From Pseudomonadota bacterium (GTDB lineage Bacteria > UBA10199 > 2-02-FULL-44-16 > DYJF01): 64,000 nt of DNA. Location: positions 1 through 64,000 of the forward strand of contig JBDRBB010000003.1 of NCBI GenBank assembly GCA_043823065.1, given 5' to 3'. The translations under genes and the position numbers were made by a program. This document shows positions 58,812-64,000 of the stretch, one piece after another. How positions within the stretch are numbered: the stretch's first letter is position 1; each line of letters opens with the position of its first letter. A model generated the notes under the pieces. That model was not told the DNA's origin and searched no databases. It was given only the letters and a program-made list of their open reading frames with translations.

Positions 58812-59900
58812 ATGACTGACAACCAGAACTTAAAGAAACCGCCGAAGAGTACGCAAATTTACCTTGTTTTAGAGGATGGCAGCGTATTTGGCGGTTTTTC
58901 TTTTGGCGCTCAAGGCGAAAAATCTGGAGAAGTGGTGTTTAACACCGGCATGGTTGGTTATCCAGAAGCCTTTACTGACCCTTCTTATCGCGGCCAAATA
59001 CTTACCCTCACCTACCCTTTAATTGGCAATTACGGCGTACCTGCTTGTTTTGAAGATGAACTCTCCCATAATTTTGAATCAACCCAGGTGCATTTAGCAG
59101 GCCTAGTGGTTTCTGAATATTCTGAATTTCATCATCATTGGTCTGCGGTACGCAGTTTGTCTGATTTACTAGCTCAACAAAATATTGTGGGCATTCAAGG
59201 GGTAGATACCAGGGCATTAACCAAAAAACTGCGCGAAAAAGGAATAATGAATGGTATCATTACTTCTAAACCAGAAAATATTAATTTCAACGTGCCTGCT
59301 CGTCATGTGGTTTCCGAAGTTTCAATTTCTGAACCCAAAACTCATGGTCAAGGTAAAAAACGTGTTGCTCTGGTAGATTGTGGTTGTAAAAATACTATCA
59401 TTAGAAGTTTGCTCAATCGCAACTTAAGTGTGATCCAAGTGCCTTGGAATTTTGATGCTACTACTTTAGATATTGATGGTGTGTTATTTTCTAATGGTCC
59501 TGGTGATCCTCAAGCCTGCACCGCCACAATTGAAACTGCGCGTAAAGTAATAGCTGCTGGCCTGCCAACAATGGGCATCTGCTTAGGTAATCAAATCTTG
59601 GCCCTGGCTACTGGCGCTAAAACTTTTAAATTAAAATATGGTCATCGCGGTCAAAACCAACCTTGTAAAATTGCGGGCAGCAAGCGCTGCTATATTACTT
59701 CTCAAAATCATGGGTATGCAGTTGATACATCTAGTTTGCCAGTTGAATGGGAAGAGTGGTTTATTAATATCAATGATGGAACTAATGAAGGCTTAAGACA
59801 CAAGACAAAACCAATTATTAGTGTGCAATTTCATCCAGAAGCAATGCCCGGGCCAGTGGATACTGGGTTTTTGTTTGATGAATTTGTCAGCATGTTATGA
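58812..59900 (+). CDS. carA: carbamoyl-phosphate synthase small subunit
   Basis: GEVVFNTGMVGY, SNGPGDP, GICLG, SQNHG, QFHPE. Confidence 0.97.
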   Translation: MTDNQNLKKPPKSTQIYLVLEDGSVFGGFSFGAQGEKSGEVVFNTGMVGYPEAFTDPSYRGQILTLTYPLIGNYGVPACFEDELSHNFESTQVHLAGLVVSEYSEFHHHWSAVRSLSDLLAQQNIVGIQGVDTRALTKKLREKGIMNGIITSKPENINFNVPARHVVSEVSISEPKTHGQGKKRVALVDCGCKNTIIRSLLNRNLSVIQVPWNFDATTLDIDGVLFSNGPGDPQACTATIETARKVIAAGLPTMGICLGNQILALATGAKTFKLKYGHRGQNQPCKIAGSKRCYITSQNHGYAVDTSSLPVEWEEWFININDGTNEGLRHKTKPIISVQFHPEAMPGPVDTGFLFDEFVSML

Positions 59901-62900
59901 ATAAAAAAATAAACAAAGTATTAGTCCTCGGTTCTGGCGCGCTCAAAATTGGCGAAGCTGGAGAGTTTGACTATTCTGGCAGCCAAGCCATTAAGGCCTT
60001 AAAAGAAGAAGGTATTCAAACAATTTTGGTTAATCCTAACATCGCTACCATTCAAACGTCTGAAGGTTTGGCTGACCAAGTTTATTTTTTGCCAGTAACT
60101 CCGCACTTTGTAGAAAAAGTAATTCAAAAAGAACATCCAGATGGTATTTTGCTAGCCTTTGGCGGACAAACCGCCTTGAATTGCGGTGTAGAATTAAAAC
60201 GCCAGGGCATTTTAGAAAAATATAACATCAAAGTTTTAGGCACACCTGTTTCAGTAATTGAAAACACAGAAGACCGCGAGCTTTTTAGTAAATGTTTAGC
60301 AGAAATTGATATTGCAGTTCCTAAAAGTATTGCTGTATCCAGTTTAGAACAAGCTAAAAAAGCAGCCAAAGAAATTGGCTATCCAATAATGCTGCGCATT
60401 GCTTATGCTTTGGGCGGACTTGGTTCTGGAGTTTGCGCTGATGAAAAAGCTTTAGAGGAAAAAGCCAGGGCAGCCCTGGTGCATGCCCCGCAAATTTTGA
60501 TCGAAGAATTTTTAAAAGGGTGGAAAGAAGTTGAGTATGAAGTGGTTCGCGACAAAGAAGACAACTGCATCACAGTCTGCAATATGGAAAACTTTGATCC
60601 CCTGGGCATTCACACTGGGGAAAGCATTGTGGTCGCACCCTCTCAAACCTTGACCAATGAAGAATATCACAAGTTACGCGAAGCTTCGATTAAGATTGTG
60701 CGGCATTTGAGGATTGTGGGTGAATGTAATGTGCAATTTGCCTTGCACCCTTCTTCTTCTCAATACCGCGTAATTGAAGTTAATGCTAGGCTTTCACGCA
60801 GTTCTGCCCTAGCCTCCAAAGCCACTGGCTATCCGCTAGCTTTTGTGGCAGCCAAAATTGCTCTGGGTTATTCTCTTTTAGATATCCCCAACTCAGTTAC
60901 TGGGGTTACTTCTGCTTGTTTTGAACCAGCCTTAGATTACATTGTAGTCAAAATTCCGCGTTGGGATTTAAAAAAGTTTCGACAAGTATCTAAACATATT
61001 GATTCAGGCATGAAATCTGTGGGCGAAGTCATGTCCATTGGCCGCAAGTTTGAAGAAGCCCTGCAAAAAGCCCTGCGCATGTTAGAAATTGGAGTGCCTG
61101 GTTTAAGCAGCAATTCTGGGTTTAAATTTGAAAACCTGGAAGACGAACTTAAAAATCCAACTTATGAACGAATTTTTGCCATTCATCGCGCCATGCTAGA
61201 AGGCATGAGCATTGAAGAAATCCATGAACTGTCTAATATTGATCCCTGGTTTCTGGCTAAATTAAAAAACATTGTAAAGATAGAGAAAAAGTTGCAAAAT
61301 ATTTGTCATTCCCGCGAAAGCGGGAATCCAGCTGACCACAACAAACTGGATCTCTGCCTGTGCAGGGATGACATAGAAACAATCAGGGAGGCAAAACAAC
61401 TCGGCTTTTCCGATCAACAAATTGCTCAGTTGTCTAATTGCTCCGGACAACAAGTGCGTCAGTTTCGCTTCAAACATGGCATCTTGCCTATCACCAAACA
61501 AATCGATACCTTGGCGGCTGAGTTTCCTGCTAAAACAAATTATTTGTATAGCACTTACAATGCCTCTGAAAATGATGTGCAGCCTGGCACCAGGAGATCA
61601 GTCATGGTTCTGGGTTCTGGCTCCTACCGCATTGGTAGCTCTGTGGAATTTGATTGGTGCTGTGTTAATACTGTGCAAGCTTTACGCAGACTTGGTTTTT
61701 CCACAATCATGGTCAATTGCAACCCAGAAACTGTTTCCACAGATTTTGATGAATGTGACCGCCTCTACTTTGAAGAAATTACCTTGGAACGCGTGCTAGA
61801 TATTTATGAACGCGAACAACCCATGGGTATCATTCTGGCGGTGGGCGGCCAAACAGCCAACAATCTGGCTATTCGGTTGGCGGAAAACGGGGTAAATATT
61901 TTAGGCACCCAAGCTAAATCTATTGATCAAGCAGAGGATCGTCATAAGTTCTCCAAACTTTTAGATGAACTGAGCATTTCTCAACCCCAGTGGCGCGAGC
62001 TTAAAACAATTCAAGAAGCTTTAGAATTTGCGCGCCAAGTTGAATATCCAGTTTTAGTGCGGCCTTCCTATGTGCTTTCTGGGGCTGCCATGGCCACGGC
62101 CATGAATGATGAACAGCTCACTAAATTTTTAGGCAAGGCAGCTGATGTTTCACCTGAACATCCAGTGGTGATTAGTAAATTTATTTTAGATGCCAAAGAA
62201 ATTGAATTAGATGGCGTGGCCAAACAGGGTAAGCTTGCAGCGTATGTTATTTCCGAACATGTGGAAAATGCTGGCGTGCATTCTGGCGACGCAACAATGG
62301 TGGTGCCACCGCAACGCACTTATTTAGAAACCATTCGACAGATTAAAAAAATCGCTTCCAAGGTTGCCCAAGCGCTAAACATCAATGGTCCTTTTAATAT
62401 TCAATTTTTGGCCAAAGATAATGATGTGAGCGTGATTGAATGCAACTTGCGTTCTTCACGCAGTTTTCCTTTTGTATCCAAAGTTTGTGGAACAAATCTG
62501 ATTGATGTGGCTGCTAAAATCATGTTGGATTGGCCCATACCTGAAATTAAACTCAAACCATTTAATCTGGAATATGTGGGGGTTAAAGCCCCGCAGTTTT
62601 CTTTTACTCGCCTCAAAGGAGCTGACCCTACCCTATCTGTGGAAATGGCTTCAACTGGCGAGGTGGGCTGTCTTGGCGAAGATTTTGAAGAAGCATTTCT
62701 AAAAGCAATGCTGGCGGTTGGTTTTAAATTACCTATTAAAAGCGTGCTCTTATCTACTGGCCCCACTAAGAGCAAAGCAAAATTTTTACCTACTGCTCGT
62801 TTGTTAAATAAAATGAGCATCGCTATCTATGCCACTGAAGGCACTGCTAAATTTTTAAATGATCATGGGGTTGTTGCCCAATCTATAAAATGGCCTTTGG

Positions 62901-63145
62901 AAGAAGCAACTGATAGTGCTGATCGCCTAATTATGGATCGCAAAATTGATTTAGTAATTAATATTCCCAAGAATTTTCAAGCCCAGGAACTGACCAATGG
63001 TTACCGCATCCGCCGCGCAGCAGCTGACTATGGCGTACCATTAATCACCAATCTGCAACTTGCCAAACGCTTTGTGCAATCATTTGCCAAAAAGGATATT
63101 GAGGAACTCCTCTGCAAACCCTGGTCAGAATACTTCAACGATTAA
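59897..63145 (+). CDS. carB: carbamoyl-phosphate synthase large subunit (with in-frame palindromic insert)
   Basis: GEFDYSGSQA, HTGES, RLSRSSALASKATG, NPETVSTD, RPSYVLSG, C-terminal MGS domain. Confidence 0.97.
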   Translation: MNKKINKVLVLGSGALKIGEAGEFDYSGSQAIKALKEEGIQTILVNPNIATIQTSEGLADQVYFLPVTPHFVEKVIQKEHPDGILLAFGGQTALNCGVELKRQGILEKYNIKVLGTPVSVIENTEDRELFSKCLAEIDIAVPKSIAVSSLEQAKKAAKEIGYPIMLRIAYALGGLGSGVCADEKALEEKARAALVHAPQILIEEFLKGWKEVEYEVVRDKEDNCITVCNMENFDPLGIHTGESIVVAPSQTLTNEEYHKLREASIKIVRHLRIVGECNVQFALHPSSSQYRVIEVNARLSRSSALASKATGYPLAFVAAKIALGYSLLDIPNSVTGVTSACFEPALDYIVVKIPRWDLKKFRQVSKHIDSGMKSVGEVMSIGRKFEEALQKALRMLEIGVPGLSSNSGFKFENLEDELKNPTYERIFAIHRAMLEGMSIEEIHELSNIDPWFLAKLKNIVKIEKKLQNICHSRESGNPADHNKLDLCLCRDDIETIREAKQLGFSDQQIAQLSNCSGQQVRQFRFKHGILPITKQIDTLAAEFPAKTNYLYSTYNASENDVQPGTRRSVMVLGSGSYRIGSSVEFDWCCVNTVQALRRLGFSTIMVNCNPETVSTDFDECDRLYFEEITLERVLDIYEREQPMGIILAVGGQTANNLAIRLAENGVNILGTQAKSIDQAEDRHKFSKLLDELSISQPQWRELKTIQEALEFARQVEYPVLVRPSYVLSGAAMATAMNDEQLTKFLGKAADVSPEHPVVISKFILDAKEIELDGVAKQGKLAAYVISEHVENAGVHSGDATMVVPPQRTYLETIRQIKKIASKVAQALNINGPFNIQFLAKDNDVSVIECNLRSSRSFPFVSKVCGTNLIDVAAKIMLDWPIPEIKLKPFNLEYVGVKAPQFSFTRLKGADPTLSVEMASTGEVGCLGEDFEEAFLKAMLAVGFKLPIKSVLLSTGPTKSKAKFLPTARLLNKMSIAIYATEGTAKFLNDHGVVAQSIKWPLEEATDSADRLIMDRKIDLVINIPKNFQAQELTNGYRIRRAAADYGVPLITNLQLAKRFVQSFAKKDIEELLCKPWSEYFND
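61304..61373. repeat. 70-bp palindromic element inside carB
   Basis: TGTCATTCCCGCGAAAGCGGGAATCCAG...CTGGATCTCTGCCTGTGCAGGGATGACA. Confidence 0.85.
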
Positions 63146-63161
63146 ATACACCCTTTAATAA

Positions 63162-63325
63162 GGGGACGTTTCCCCCCTTGCTAACTAGTTAGATTAATTA
63201 ACGAAAAAAAGGTGAGTTAAAATTTTTAAACATCCAGTTTTTACAGGGATTCAAAAATCAAAAAATCCAAGTCGCCATTTATTTATTAATTATTTTAAGC
63301 AGTTAGCTAGGGGGGAAACGTCCCC
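63162..63325. repeat. 164-bp element with 25-bp terminal inverted repeats
   Basis: GGGGACGTTTCCCCCCTTGCTAACT / AGTTAGCTAGGGGGGAAACGTCCCC (24/25) around an AT-rich core, between convergent genes. Confidence 0.82.
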
Positions 63326-63330
63326 AAACA

Positions 63331-63999
63331 TTAAGCTAACAGTGAAGCGACCAGTATTATTGATGTAAGCAAATTAGCGCGGACAACTTTAAATAAAAAT
63401 CCATGTGCTGTTTGCAAATCTGATTTAGATTTAAGTTTAAAGGCTGGAATCAAAATAATGGGCGCAATCAGCAAAGCTGCTAATGCCAAAATTGGATAAA
63501 TTTCCAAAACCACATTTAAAATTACACTTACATAAACACCCACTAATAACAACTTAGTCACCAAACGCATATTTTTTTCACCCCAAAGCACCACTGGTGT
63601 GCGTTTGCCGCCCTGGCGATCTGCTTCTGCATGAGCAAAATGTTGGTTAAAAACAACTGACGTAGTTAAAAGCGCTAAAGGTAAAGAAGCCAGCACCACA
63701 GCCCAAGACCAAGTACCAGTTTGCACATAATAACTACCAATAACTGGCAAAGGCCCAAAAGCCAAAAATATTCCTAATTCACCTAAAAAGAATCCTTTAT
63801 AACCAAAAGCAACTGGAGGTGCGCAATAAAACATGCCAATGACAAAACCAACAACCGCTAAAGTCAAAACAAACCAGCCGCTTGTCCAAAATAAAAGCAA
63901 GCCGCAAACCAAAGCTATACTAAAAAAAAACGCCATTACGAACCTGGCTTCTTGCAAAGTTAAAAGTCCTCTAGTTAAGACATCTGAACCAGCAAGACC
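63331..63999 (-). CDS. UbiA/MenA-family prenyltransferase (5' end outside window)
   Basis: GSDVLTRGLLT, FYCAPP, GELGIFLAFGP, DRQGGKRT; frame open to the window edge. Confidence 0.85.
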   Translation of the reverse strand, partial: GLAGSDVLTRGLLTLQEARFVMAFFFSIALVCGLLLFWTSGWFVLTLAVVGFVIGMFYCAPPVAFGYKGFFLGELGIFLAFGPLPVIGSYYVQTGTWSWAVVLASLPLALLTTSVVFNQHFAHAEADRQGGKRTPVVLWGEKNMRLVTKLLLVGVYVSVILNVVLEIYPILALAALLIAPIILIPAFKLKSKSDLQTAHGFLFKVVRANLLTSIILVASLLA

Positions 64000-64000
64000 A

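Noticed and set aside
1397..62820. Many 60-160-aa ORFs antisense or out of frame within long genes (e.g. 6685..7167, 9124..9582, 38137..38517)
   Set aside because: Shadows of well-supported genes, with no RBS or recognisable motifs.

Overview
A 64-kb, AT-rich bacterial chromosomal window; gene content and order suggest a deltaproteobacterium-like organism (inference only). The backbone is housekeeping: OPT transporter, amidase, tRNA-Leu-tig-clpP-clpX-lon-mutS, pepD, pgsA-tRNA-Gly, nadB, ftcD, serC-serA (frameshifted), tRNA-Ala, a GGDEF protein, SpoIID and M23 peptidases, PP2C, pmbA, recN, rarA, uppP, a lexA/umuD-dinB cassette, carAB and a partial menA-like gene. Accessory DNA includes a small integrase/excisionase island at tRNA-Gly with an AbiE-like toxin-antitoxin pair, a YjjJ-like kinase toxin between duplicated terminators, and several long palindromic intergenic elements; one shorter palindromic element sits in frame inside carB. 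The most notable signal is two ~850-aa orphan proteins (27803-30340, 36084-38666) with unrelated N-termini and a homologous ~290-aa hydrophobic C-terminal domain. Both follow the same sigma28-like promoter (GCAACTTT-N11-GCCGATAA-like, five copies in the window), and one lies on an integrase-less islet bounded by tRNA-Ala 3'-end repeats. This is a candidate polymorphic membrane-inserting effector family. All calls are from reading the sequence; no database searches were run.
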